From NCBI GenBank assembly GCA_963781585.1, contig CAWAGQ010000013.1, positions 1 to 64,000 of the forward strand: DNA of 64,000 nt. The letters are read 5' to 3'. Shown in pieces: positions 20,545 through 29,132 of this stretch (the stretch's first letter is position 1; each line of letters begins with the position of its first letter). A model generated the notes under the pieces. That model saw only the letters and a program-made list of their open reading frames with translations, ran no database searches and was not told the origin of the DNA. The position numbers and the translations under genes are program-made. This stretch comes from an uncultured Gemmatimonadaceae bacterium (GTDB taxonomy: Bacteria > Gemmatimonadota > Gemmatimonadetes > Gemmatimonadales > Gemmatimonadaceae).

Positions 20545-20898
20545 GTGAAATCACTTCTCCTTGGCCTCACGTTCCCAGCTGCAACCGCCTGCCACTCACC
20601 GTCACGTCCAACAGCCCTTCCGACACGCATCGACCTCAAGGTCAACGGGCTCGATCATGAGCTCAACATCGTTGGCGGCGCCGCCGTGCCAATGACCGTC
20701 ACGGTCTACGACGCGAACGATCGGCCCATCGTGGCATCCTTCACCGTGACGTCCTCGAATCCGGGCGTGGTCCGTATCATCGGTACCGACTCTGTCTTTC
20801 CGGATGCGATTGGCCAGGCCTGGGTCATCGCGTCGCTGGTCAACGCACCAGCCGGCGTGAAGCACGCGCTCCAAATCAGCGTGCGCGATTTCCCCTGA
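20545..20898 (+). CDS. Small lipoprotein with Ig-like domain
   Basis: Leader ending ATAC; TVTVYDANDRPI...TSSNPGVVRI. Confidence 0.55.
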   Translation: MKSLLLGLTFPAATACHSPSRPTALPTRIDLKVNGLDHELNIVGGAAVPMTVTVYDANDRPIVASFTVTSSNPGVVRIIGTDSVFPDAIGQAWVIASLVNAPAGVKHALQISVRDFP

Positions 20899-20939
20899 GT
20901 CGGCCGGAGCCACGCCACCTACGCCTTCAGCAGAAACTG

Positions 20940-21009
20940 CGGCAGGCGAGCGCCGCGAGCCAGCCGCTTCTTTGATTTTGCGTTCGGCAGCAGCAACGCC
21001 TCGTTAGCG
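20940..21009 (-). repeat. Partial attC-like site directly after the hicA stop
   Basis: Minus strand CGCTAAC-gaggcg-TTGCTGCTG; no clear distal GTTRRRY. Confidence 0.5.
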
Positions 21010-21015
21010 AGCGCT

Positions 21016-21228
21016 TCAGAGATGGTTGCGGAACTCTTCGGGCGTCAGTCCAGCATCGCGCACGATCCCGCCCATCGTGAAGGCGTTGACCGGATTGTGG
21101 CGTGGAATTGTGACAATGCGCTGCCCGTCGGTCATGACGATATGCTTTCCCTGGCGCGCGATTCGGAAGCCGAGTTTCTCGAGCACCCGGACGGCATCGA
21201 GGTGATTGACGCCCGGGATCTTCGGCAC
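21016..21228 (-). CDS. hicA: HicA family toxin
   Basis: VRVLEKLGF...QGKHIVM...VTIPRH...GIVRDAGL. Confidence 0.9.
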   Translation of the reverse strand: MPKIPGVNHLDAVRVLEKLGFRIARQGKHIVMTDGQRIVTIPRHNPVNAFTMGGIVRDAGLTPEEFRNHL

Positions 21229-21230
21229 CC

Positions 21231-21425
21231 TTACGCGACCTCGACCTCGCGGATCTCGGCACTATCCAGCAACTCGTCGCGTACGGCGAGATACTCTCGA
21301 ATTGCATCGCGGATGTTGTCGAGAGCTTCGGCTTCTGTGACGCCCTGCGACCAACAGCCCGGTAGACCGGGAACAGAGACGCTGTAGCCTTCGTCTGTAC
21401 GCTGGAGAGCGATCTTGTACTTCAT
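21231..21425 (-). CDS. hicB: HicB family antitoxin (short form)
   Basis: GYSVSVPGLPGCWSQGVTEAEALDNIRDAI. Confidence 0.9.
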   Translation of the reverse strand: MKYKIALQRTDEGYSVSVPGLPGCWSQGVTEAEALDNIRDAIREYLAVRDELLDSAEIREVEVA

Positions 21426-21467
21426 ACGGCCTCCGATGCCTCGAAGCTAACCAACGCGTGCACGTCT

Positions 21468-21526
21468 CGCGAACGAAGTAGAGGTTTTGCGGCGCGTAGC
21501 CGACGCAAAAGCTCAGCGCATTGACG
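21468..21526 (-). repeat. Short degenerate attC-like site upstream of hicB
   Basis: Minus strand GAGCTTTTGCG-tcggctacgcgc-CGCAAAACCTC-tacttc-GTTCGCG; same GGCTACGCG loop as 18990-19047. Confidence 0.55.
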
Positions 21527-21955
21527 GGCGGGCTGCAGCTCGCCTGGACGTGGACCTGTCGCTGCTCGTCATAGTGGCCTCGCGACCGGTACGACCGTCC
21601 GGACCCGCGGGAGCCGGCGGAGGATCCGCCTTACCCCACTGGCACAGTGCGGACAGCGCCGCACCGGGGACCTGCATCCGTCGGTGCGGCCGTGGCGACG
21701 GTGGTCGAGAAACGTGGGGGCGTGCGGAGCGGTGGCGCCAAGGCGACCTGCGGCCGCGCGCGGATCGGTGCGGCGTGCGCGCGCCACAGTCCTAATAGTA
21801 GCGCGCTGGGGTGAGCCGGGCTGAGCGGCGGGCGGCACGCAGGGCAGCTACGAGGTACTAGCTCGAGCGGTCAGCACCGATCCCTCGGCGTACGCCAGGC
21901 GCCCAGCTCTGAGTTCAAAACGAGGCAACGCCGCCCTTCGGCGACACACCGGAGG

Positions 21956-22459
21956 TCACTGGACCCGGTGGAACCCGAATAGACCTGATGTAATGGTGCT
22001 GATGTGAAGCGGCACCTCCAGGTCAACCACCACGCTATCGGCTCCGTACGCTGTGATTCCGCCGATGACCAATCCAGTGACCATTCCCGGGTATTCCTGT
22101 TCTCGCAGGCCCGCGGCGCTGCCCGCGAGCGGAAACATCATGCCCGTGATGACTGAGCGGCTCACGATCGTGCCGGTCGTTTTCCGATGCGCCAGGAACC
22201 ACCCGAAGTGCCAGGTTGCGCTGATGGTGAGAGTGTCCGGGAAGATCAGGTCCCACGTGGAGCAGAAGGAACACGAGGGGATCGAATCCGGAACCGCACG
22301 GCCGTCCACGGTGGACAGGAGGTAGTTGCCCTCCGCGATGTCGCTCGGAGAGGTGTACGCCACCGGGTCGTCGCTGGAATGCGAACACCCATTGAGGACC
22401 AGGCCCGCGACGATCGCGGCGAGCAGCATTCGCGGTACGGGGTCTCGAGCTTTGACCAT
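21956..22459 (-). CDS. Hypothetical lipoprotein
   Basis: Lipobox LNGC; GNYLLSTVDGRAVP. Confidence 0.65.
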   Translation of the reverse strand: MVKARDPVPRMLLAAIVAGLVLNGCSHSSDDPVAYTSPSDIAEGNYLLSTVDGRAVPDSIPSCSFCSTWDLIFPDTLTISATWHFGWFLAHRKTTGTIVSRSVITGMMFPLAGSAAGLREQEYPGMVTGLVIGGITAYGADSVVVDLEVPLHISTITSGLFGFHRVQ

Positions 22460-22531
22460 CGGTGAAATGCTGTTCTCCGAAGACGGACGTCCGTCGGGAT
22501 TACCGAACGGCAGGTTGAAGACACGCGAGAA

Positions 22532-22880
22532 TCAGTCGACCCGCACGGCGTAGAGGCCGTGCGTGCCGCCGGCGTACATGACGTTCCCGTCGAATGCGCC
22601 ACCGTGCTGGAACGAGTGACCGTCGGGTGACGTGAAGTTGTCTGTAATTCCCCAAAGCAAGTTCCCCGAACGTGCCTCGAATGCCTCGAGTTGACCACCG
22701 GGATAGAAGTTGTAGATCTTCTCCCGATAGTAGTGGACCCACCCGGGCCCTCCCCAGAAAGACGGCGGTGTGCGCCATCGCTCTACACCGGTGGCCGCGT
22801 CGTTGGCCACGATGATTCGCGCCGCACAGGGAGAAGATAAGAGCCCCGTCCCTCACATGTGCGTGGGCGAGGTCCCTTCG
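22532..22880 (-). pseudogene. C-terminal fragment of a PQQ-type beta-propeller protein
   Basis: DAATGVERWR, AFEARSGNLLW, YAGGTHGLYAV; 5' part missing next to the IS110 relic. Confidence 0.55.
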
Positions 22881-22924
22881 TTCGGAAGTTTATGCTCGCG
22901 TCTTCTTCCTGATCGATGGCCGCA

Positions 22925-23206
22925 CTCGGTGAGCTGGCGCTCCAGCCAGTGCCAGTAGAGGGTGGCTTCGAGCGCGACCGTGGCGGGGCTGTGGGAGCGC
23001 GCTGAGCCAGCGGCCTAACGCGTCGAGCGTGGGCTCGAGGCGGCGGGATTCAGCGAGCACGGTGCCGGCGTCGTCGATGGCGCAGGCAGTGATGTAGCGC
23101 TTGTGAAGATCGAGGCCGACGGTGACCATGAGTCCTTCCGAGAGTGGAAGCGGGAAGGTGCCCCCCGCGTCGCGATTCAGCGACCCGTCAGGCTCACATA
23201 AGGTCG
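22925..23206 (-). mobile_element. IS110-family relic (leader plus N-terminal DEDD fragment)
   Basis: MVTVGLDLHKRYITACAIDDAG...; VALEATLYWHWL in a shifted frame. Confidence 0.8.
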
Positions 23207-23281
23207 TGTTAGGTGGCCCATCTACGTAGTGTCCCACGGCGACAGCATTCGTGAGAATAGTGCGCGAGTGAACAAATGGGC

Positions 23282-24376
23282 TTACTTGTTCCTGGTCACC
23301 CTCACGACCATGACTCGTTCTTCACCGCTGGGCAGTTCATCGACTATCGTGAGGAAACCCTTTCCAGCGCTCATTACCCGTGCCGCGCGTGGCAGGAGCA
23401 AAGTCTCCGCGTCGTGCCCGTTCGACGCCACCGCGAGCCACGAGGCGGCTGTGTCATCTGCAGCTGGTGTTCGGCGAACCCAGATGGTACCGTCCTGGCC
23501 AGCGATCAAGCGATCGAGTTGCGGAATACGACTCGCCCATTCTGCTTCCGCAAGAACCCGTCGAAGCGTTAGGCGCGCTGCGGAGTCAGGTTCCACCTCC
23601 AGCCGCTCCTCCAGGTAGAGTTCCCGATCTCGTGCGGTGACGGTGCGCTCACCAAGCTCTTGGGAGTACAGCGTTCGTCGATCCCCAGTCTCTTCAATGG
23701 AGGTGAGCTCCAGTTTGGAACTCTCAGCATATAGCGGGCCCGAAGGCCCGATGGCGACGAAAGTCTTGAGGCCAAATGGGATGTCGCGAAAGGCGTGCCA
23801 CCTATTGCTCACGAATATCTCTATTCCGGGCAGCACCGCCACGCTGTCGATGGCTTCTCCAGGTGGCACGTAGCGGAGCAGTCTGATCGATCTTATCTGT
23901 CGCCCAGGCGACACGCGATCATCTACCATCTTGGTGAAATACCTTCGTCCTGCGGCATCGCATCCCACGAAATCAGCCGTGAGTAACGCCGTCGGTAGCT
24001 GTTCCTCCTGTCCGAAGCCGTCTTGAGTTACGGCGGTCAGACGGCTGTGCACGAAGTCATATGCGAGGATTTCCGAACCACACCGCCTGAGTCGAAGGAG
24101 GTAGCGAAACTCGCCGGGTCCGTCGCCCGCGCGACCGAATACATGGGCCGCCCCTTCCGACGGACCTCTAACGTACACGCCGAGCCTTGAGAAATCGGCG
24201 ATGAAAACGACACCACTCGAATCGACATCGGCACCCATAACGTGCCAGTTGCCGCTCGAAGCGAACGAAGTATCAACGATCGTGAGCGTGGGAATGCCGT
24301 TGCCACGGCCATCGGGTGGTTTGCCGCCACACCCGATGGCCATGGCAACCAGAAATGGCAACACCTTGGGAGTCAT
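23282..24376 (-). CDS. 6-bladed beta-propeller-like lipoprotein
   Basis: Lipobox AIGC; VFIAD, FGRAGDGPGEFR, DGTIWVR. Confidence 0.8.
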   Translation of the reverse strand: MTPKVLPFLVAMAIGCGGKPPDGRGNGIPTLTIVDTSFASSGNWHVMGADVDSSGVVFIADFSRLGVYVRGPSEGAAHVFGRAGDGPGEFRYLLRLRRCGSEILAYDFVHSRLTAVTQDGFGQEEQLPTALLTADFVGCDAAGRRYFTKMVDDRVSPGRQIRSIRLLRYVPPGEAIDSVAVLPGIEIFVSNRWHAFRDIPFGLKTFVAIGPSGPLYAESSKLELTSIEETGDRRTLYSQELGERTVTARDRELYLEERLEVEPDSAARLTLRRVLAEAEWASRIPQLDRLIAGQDGTIWVRRTPAADDTAASWLAVASNGHDAETLLLPRAARVMSAGKGFLTIVDELPSGEERVMVVRVTRNK

Positions 24377-24394
24377 GATGCCAGATACGTGGTA

Positions 24395-24586
24395 CTAATG
24401 TTCTGACGAACCGTAAAAATTCAGCTTGTTTTCACAAGTAGCCTCAAACCACACCTTGCAGATGGACTCTGCGCACCCATCGTTAGGCGTTAGCCGGAGT
24501 TGACCCGTGGTTGGTTTCGAGACTGTGACGGGGCTCATGAGCGCGACGAGTAGTCCCACGCCGAGGTAGATGCGCATTGCTTTCAT
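24395..24586 (-). CDS. 63-aa secreted Cys-containing peptide
   Basis: GGGGAGG ribosome binding site; MKAMRIYLGVGLLVALMSP signal; GCAESICKVWFEATCE. Confidence 0.6.
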   Translation of the reverse strand: MKAMRIYLGVGLLVALMSPVTVSKPTTGQLRLTPNDGCAESICKVWFEATCENKLNFYGSSEH

Positions 24587-24608
24587 CTTGCCCTCCCCCA
24601 AAGGTTGT

Positions 24609-25490
24609 CTATAGGACTTCGATATTCGCGGCTCTATACTGTGGCTTGCCGTAGATGGCCCCAAGCAAACGCATCGAGCGGCCAATCCAGCGAGTCGCCA
24701 GCTCGCTGTGCTCGTAGTGCAACGAACTCTCGGGGCTGCCTGGCACCATGACACGGATGTCGGAGATGTTACCCACAGACCGATCAAAGTAGATCGAGAA
24801 CGAAGAGTCGCCGCGCGTTGCCATGTAGAGGTCCACTTGAGCGATCTGTTGCGGCGCGCCAAACTGCTTGTCCAGCGCGGCTCGGATGGTGAACGCGGAT
24901 TCACTGGTCACGAGGAGTCCGGCGAGCGTCCCCGGCCGAGGCGTCGAGCCAGCAGGAGCCTGCGGGAGGGTGGGGCGAGCGGGCAGGAAAGGCTCTGCTG
25001 GCCACAGCGTAGAGTGCGCCTTTGAAAGCAGCGCCTGCGACGTTGCCGAGAGCGTCCTCCCCGAACGCAACGTAGTTCGCGGAAGTCCCCCCGCAACGCT
25101 TACCTCGATCCTGGATATCACATCTGGCGCCGGCACTCCACGGGGAACCAGCACTGCCGCGGCGCTGTGCGTCGGCGCCAGCGTCATCACTGCATTCCAT
25201 CCGCCGTCTTCAGCACGACTCTCGTCCAAGTGGAAGCTCGGTGCCTGCAGCGTTCGACTAACGTTCGAGCCGCTGGCGTCGAGCAGCTCCGTCGTGGACT
25301 CAACGTCCGCGGAGAACCCCGACCAATTCATTGCGGCCCGCACCCCCACTGCTCGCAACGTCGTGGGATGTGGCCGTGCGCGAGGGGACGTTCCATCGTC
25401 GCGGCAGCCAAACAGAACGACAAGCGAAACAGCGACCATTAGCTCGGCGCGCAGAAGAAGTGGGACGAATCGGTGATGAGAGCGCGTCAT
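24609..25490 (-). CDS. Hypothetical lipoprotein
   Basis: Lipobox LFGC; AAGAGGAGG ribosome binding site; beta-rich body. Confidence 0.65.
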   Translation of the reverse strand: MTRSHHRFVPLLLRAELMVAVSLVVLFGCRDDGTSPRARPHPTTLRAVGVRAAMNWSGFSADVESTTELLDASGSNVSRTLQAPSFHLDESRAEDGGWNAVMTLAPTHSAAAVLVPRGVPAPDVISRIEVSVAGGLPRTTLRSGRTLSATSQALLSKAHSTLWPAEPFLPARPTLPQAPAGSTPRPGTLAGLLVTSESAFTIRAALDKQFGAPQQIAQVDLYMATRGDSSFSIYFDRSVGNISDIRVMVPGSPESSLHYEHSELATRWIGRSMRLLGAIYGKPQYRAANIEVL

Positions 25491-25884
25491 GAGGGCCTCC
25501 TCTTTAGGCGGTGCCACGAATCACCTGCAATCTGGCGCTGCCAAGCAATCGCGCACCCCCGGCGATCCACCAGCAAGCGCTCGTGCTGGCTCGCATCACG
25601 CACCCGACCGGTCCAAATCCGGCCACCTGCGGTCAAACGCGGCCACCAGCCGCCGAATCCGGCCATATGTGCGTCGGTTCGCACCATCCCGCCCTGCACT
25701 CCGAGCGTCTGACCGGCCTCGCGACGAGCGCGCCTGTGCGCCGTCCAGTGACGTCTCAGCGGCGAGCGTGTGGTTGGGCTACGCTATTGACACCCTCGCA
25801 ACCTCCGATCCAAGATTCCCGCAGCACGCGGTAGAGGTCAGCCGAATCGGCCGGGCAGGAAGCGCCGCCTGCGAGGGCGGGACG

Positions 25885-26133
25885 ATGCTGCATCTGTAGA
25901 CGTACCTCGACGAACAGAAATCCAGAAGGCTGCACGCCGCCATTTCGGGTCCCTACGGCGAGCTGGCTGCGCGAACCTGGAGCGAGTTCGTCCGGGCACT
26001 GGACCTGCGACGCGTCGATCTCGCGGTGGTGGACCCCTTGAGGGGCGCAAGCGACACGCGACGGCTGGCAATCCCGCGCGACGTTCGCTGCACCCTCGCG
26101 TCGCTGCCTGGCAATGCACAGGGACTACGGTGA
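25885..26133 (+). pseudogene. Relic of a receiver-like/HTH regulator homologous to 43847-44662
   Basis: MLHL*TYLDEQ...TWSEFVRALDLRRVDLAVVDP aligns with MRVLCCLDRE...DLGELVRRAQRSAFDVAVLDP. Confidence 0.55.
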
Positions 26134-26241
26134 CCATGGCGACGCGACGGTGGTGCCTTTCCCTAACGCGTATCGTGGCGTCCTGCTCTATCAACCGGAG
26201 TTCCCCTACAGCCTCGTTAATCCTCCAGGCCAGGGTGGCGT

Positions 26242-26781
26242 ATGCATGCGAGACTATCCGAATCCGTAGCCGGGCACGTCAGAAGAGCGGTCTTGGTTGC
26301 GGGGACCTTCGTGGCGGTCCTCATGCTCTCCCTCACGTCCACATTCCCACAAGCAGTGGCCCTCCCCCACTCACAGGACGAGTCAGAGTGGAAAGAGATG
26401 GCGGCCATCGTACGAGCATATTGGTTGACCCGACTGAAACTCTTTGGGGACACCGCTAAGCTCAATGTCTGCGGCACGACGTTTCGCAAGTTTGGTCAAC
26501 CTCTGGCCGGAGACTCTGAGCGGCTCCACAGGGCTGATACGGCGACGGCAAAGAAACTGGTTCCGTGTGACGCTCTCCATCGCGGCGCGCCGCAACGGTT
26601 CCTGGAGATCCATTTGGAGTCGGTAGATGCGAAGGCAAGTATCGCGACCGTATTGACAACGGTCATGCGCGGTGAATGGCTCTTTCACGAAGAGGTACGA
26701 TTGACGATTTCACCGCTGCCTCCCCAGAGCTGGATCATTGCGAGCCTCGATATTACGGGGGTAATGCACGTAACTCGCTAG
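26242..26781 (+). CDS. Hypothetical secreted protein
   Basis: Hydrophobic signal-like segment; lower-GC ORF. Confidence 0.55.
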   Translation: MHARLSESVAGHVRRAVLVAGTFVAVLMLSLTSTFPQAVALPHSQDESEWKEMAAIVRAYWLTRLKLFGDTAKLNVCGTTFRKFGQPLAGDSERLHRADTATAKKLVPCDALHRGAPQRFLEIHLESVDAKASIATVLTTVMRGEWLFHEEVRLTISPLPPQSWIIASLDITGVMHVTR

Positions 26782-27024
26782 AGTGTGCTTGGAGGGAGAT
26801 CCGCCGAGAGTTCGGTGAAACTAGACGTGTGTCCTCGCCCTTCCGACGGTGTTACGTTGGTGTTGTCAAGCCACCATCTACCTGGGAGGAGATGGGCACC
26901 CGCGAGCCTTGTCTCCACCCGGATCCGCGCGCCAGCCTTGGCCGGCGAACGCAGGAAACATCGGCCAGGCCTGTCGGCATGCCGCGCGCCGGTGCCGCAT
27001 GCGGAATCCTCGCGGAGTGATTCA

Positions 27025-27157
27025 TCAGCCGGTGTTTGTCTTCAAGCGTCGGCCCCTGAAGTCGCGGCGCGCGTGCCGGAGCTCCATCTGCCTCGGCTGC
27101 CGTTGGGCGATTTCAGGTTCGCGGTCTCTCGTGGAAGCACTCCTGACAACCAGCGGT
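27025..27157. ncRNA. Candidate rod-like structured RNA
   Basis: CTGAAGTCGC/GCGATTTCAG, TTGTC/GACAA and GCCG.AG/CTCGGC nested pairings. Confidence 0.3.
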
Positions 27158-27161
27158 TGGC

Positions 27162-28355
27162 CTACGCCAGTCCCGCCGCCGCCGCTACCAGCATCAGCGC
27201 CCGTACCACGCCCCGCGCGCCGTCGCGGTTCTCGTACCACTCGTGCGGCGTGTGGGTGTCGCCGCCGCGTCCGCCTCCGCCGATCGCCACCGCCGGGATG
27301 CCGAGGCTGATCGGGATGTTCGCGTCGGTCGACGCCACCGCCAGTTCGGGTGCGCGCCCGATGTAGCGCGTGGCCGACGCCGCGGCCTGCACGAGCGGAT
27401 GATCGTCCGGCACCTCGCCGGCCGGGCGGTCGCTCAGCGGCGTGATGGTGACTGCGAGTAGAGGGGTCCCCGATGCGCGGCGCGCGTTCTCTTCCTCCAG
27501 TGCTTCGCGCGCCGAGACGCGCAGATGGCGGTCGAGCCGATCGAGCTCGGCGGTCGACGTGGACCGCATGTCGACGTCGACCCAAGCGTCGGCGGGAATG
27601 GCGTTGATCGCGCTGCCGCCGCCGATCCGGCTCACGGTGAGCGTGGCGCCGCCGCGCCGGGTGAGCGGAAGCGCCGTCAGCCGCGTGACCAGTCCGGCCG
27701 CGGCGTGCACCGCGTTAGGCGTGCCCCAGGCGGCCCAGCTGTGCCCGCCCGCACCGCGATATTCCACGCGGTAGCGCCGGCAGCCGAGCGCCCGGGCGAC
27801 GATGCGCTCGTCGCCGGCGCCGTCGATAGCGATGGCCGCGCGTACCCCGCGCCCCAGCGTGTCGAACAGGTGGCGCGCGCCCCGCAGATCGCCGGCCCCT
27901 TCCTCGCCCGTGGTCGCCGCGAAGACGATGCTGTGCGCCGGGCGCAAGTGCGCGGCGAACTCGTCGGCCAGCGCGAGCATGGTGGCCAGGCCGCGCGCGT
28001 TGTCGCCGATCCCGGGGCCCGCCATCCGGTCACCACGCGTCACGACACCCACCGGCACGTCGGCGGCGAAGACGGTGTCGAGATGCGCGCACACGACCAC
28101 CGGCTCCTCGTCATGCGCGCCGCGCCGCATCCCGATGGCATTCCCGGCGGCATCGATGGTGACGTTTTCCAGTCCGCCCGCCGCGAGGCGCGCGGCGACG
28201 AGCCGGGCCCGACGGTCTTCCTGTCCGGTGGGCGCCGCCACCTGGGCGATGGTCACCTGGTCGTGGAGGATGCTGTCGTCACGGGCGTGGACGCGCACCC
28301 GCGCGGGCGCGAGGGCGTCGAATACCGTGGAGAAATCCGGGTCGGCGCGCGGCAC
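27162..28355 (-). CDS. M20/M25/M40 family metallopeptidase
   Basis: CAHLDTVF, GIGDN, TGEEGAGDLRG, GGHSW, STDAN, HTPHEW. Confidence 0.92.
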   Translation of the reverse strand: MPRADPDFSTVFDALAPARVRVHARDDSILHDQVTIAQVAAPTGQEDRRARLVAARLAAGGLENVTIDAAGNAIGMRRGAHDEEPVVVCAHLDTVFAADVPVGVVTRGDRMAGPGIGDNARGLATMLALADEFAAHLRPAHSIVFAATTGEEGAGDLRGARHLFDTLGRGVRAAIAIDGAGDERIVARALGCRRYRVEYRGAGGHSWAAWGTPNAVHAAAGLVTRLTALPLTRRGGATLTVSRIGGGSAINAIPADAWVDVDMRSTSTAELDRLDRHLRVSAREALEEENARRASGTPLLAVTITPLSDRPAGEVPDDHPLVQAAASATRYIGRAPELAVASTDANIPISLGIPAVAIGGGGRGGDTHTPHEWYENRDGARGVVRALMLVAAAAGLA

Positions 28356-28410
28356 ACCCGAGAGATGCGCGGTCGTGAGGCGGGCCGCAAGGCGCGTCTG
28401 GCCGCCGTCA

Positions 28411-28525
28411 GCGGACTGGGGCGGTCCCGCTCAGCAGCAGCGGGTGCCGCGGCCGCTGTGGCAATCGTCCCACGCGCTGCTTCGCGAACTCGTCCCGCGT
28501 CATCGGCACGTGGTACAGACGACGC
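28411..28525 (-). repeat. Decayed copy of the ybdD 3' end (repeat of 32378-32490)
   Basis: tcccgctcagcagcagcg and gctgcttcgcgaactcgtc.cgcgtcatcggcacg shared by both sites. Confidence 0.85.
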
Positions 28526-28695
28526 GCTCTTGGGAGTTACCTTCTACATGACACCCTCCCGATACACTCGTCCTTCGAGGTGGCCACGATCTCACGCGAC
28601 CGAGGGTCTCTGCATAAGGCTTGATCGTCCATGCGAATCACACGCAAGGGATCGCGGCGCGCAAGCGTACCTGAGCCCGCCAAGATCCAACACCC

Positions 28696-29094
28696 TTATT
28701 CCAGAGAGCAAGCGCCCGAAAGCTGCGGCTTCGCTCCTGCTGTGGCTACAAAGCTTGAGGTCGACGCGGGCCCGACGGAGCGGGTGATGGTCGCTTGGAA
28801 TTCGATAACCTGCGGCGAGGCTCGTCCCTGAATCAAGGCGAGTACAGGTCGTGCACCTGACAGGGTGGTCGCCGCGTCGAACGAGAAGTTCCCCGCTGCA
28901 TCCGGCACCAGCGGATGTTCGACCTGGACACGAAAGCATGGGAACTGGAATAATGTGGCCGTTGCGGCTGCGATCAGCTCAATGCTTGGCCCTCCGAAAC
29001 GTCCAATGACTGCACCAGGTGGAGCCATCGGGGCGCTGGCACATCCCGCAAAGGCGAATGCACTCAGAAGAAGCATGGGACGCAATCGTGACAT
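28696..29094 (-). CDS. Hypothetical lipoprotein
   Basis: Lipobox FAGC; GGAGG ribosome binding site. Confidence 0.6.
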   Translation of the reverse strand: MSRLRPMLLLSAFAFAGCASAPMAPPGAVIGRFGGPSIELIAAATATLFQFPCFRVQVEHPLVPDAAGNFSFDAATTLSGARPVLALIQGRASPQVIEFQATITRSVGPASTSSFVATAGAKPQLSGACSLE

Positions 29095-29132
29095 AGGTCC
29101 TCCATGTTCAATTCACACGCTCTCAAGGTCTC

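Noticed and set aside
26161..26223. attC site (CCCTAAC...GTTAATC)
   Set aside because: The internal arms do not pair convincingly
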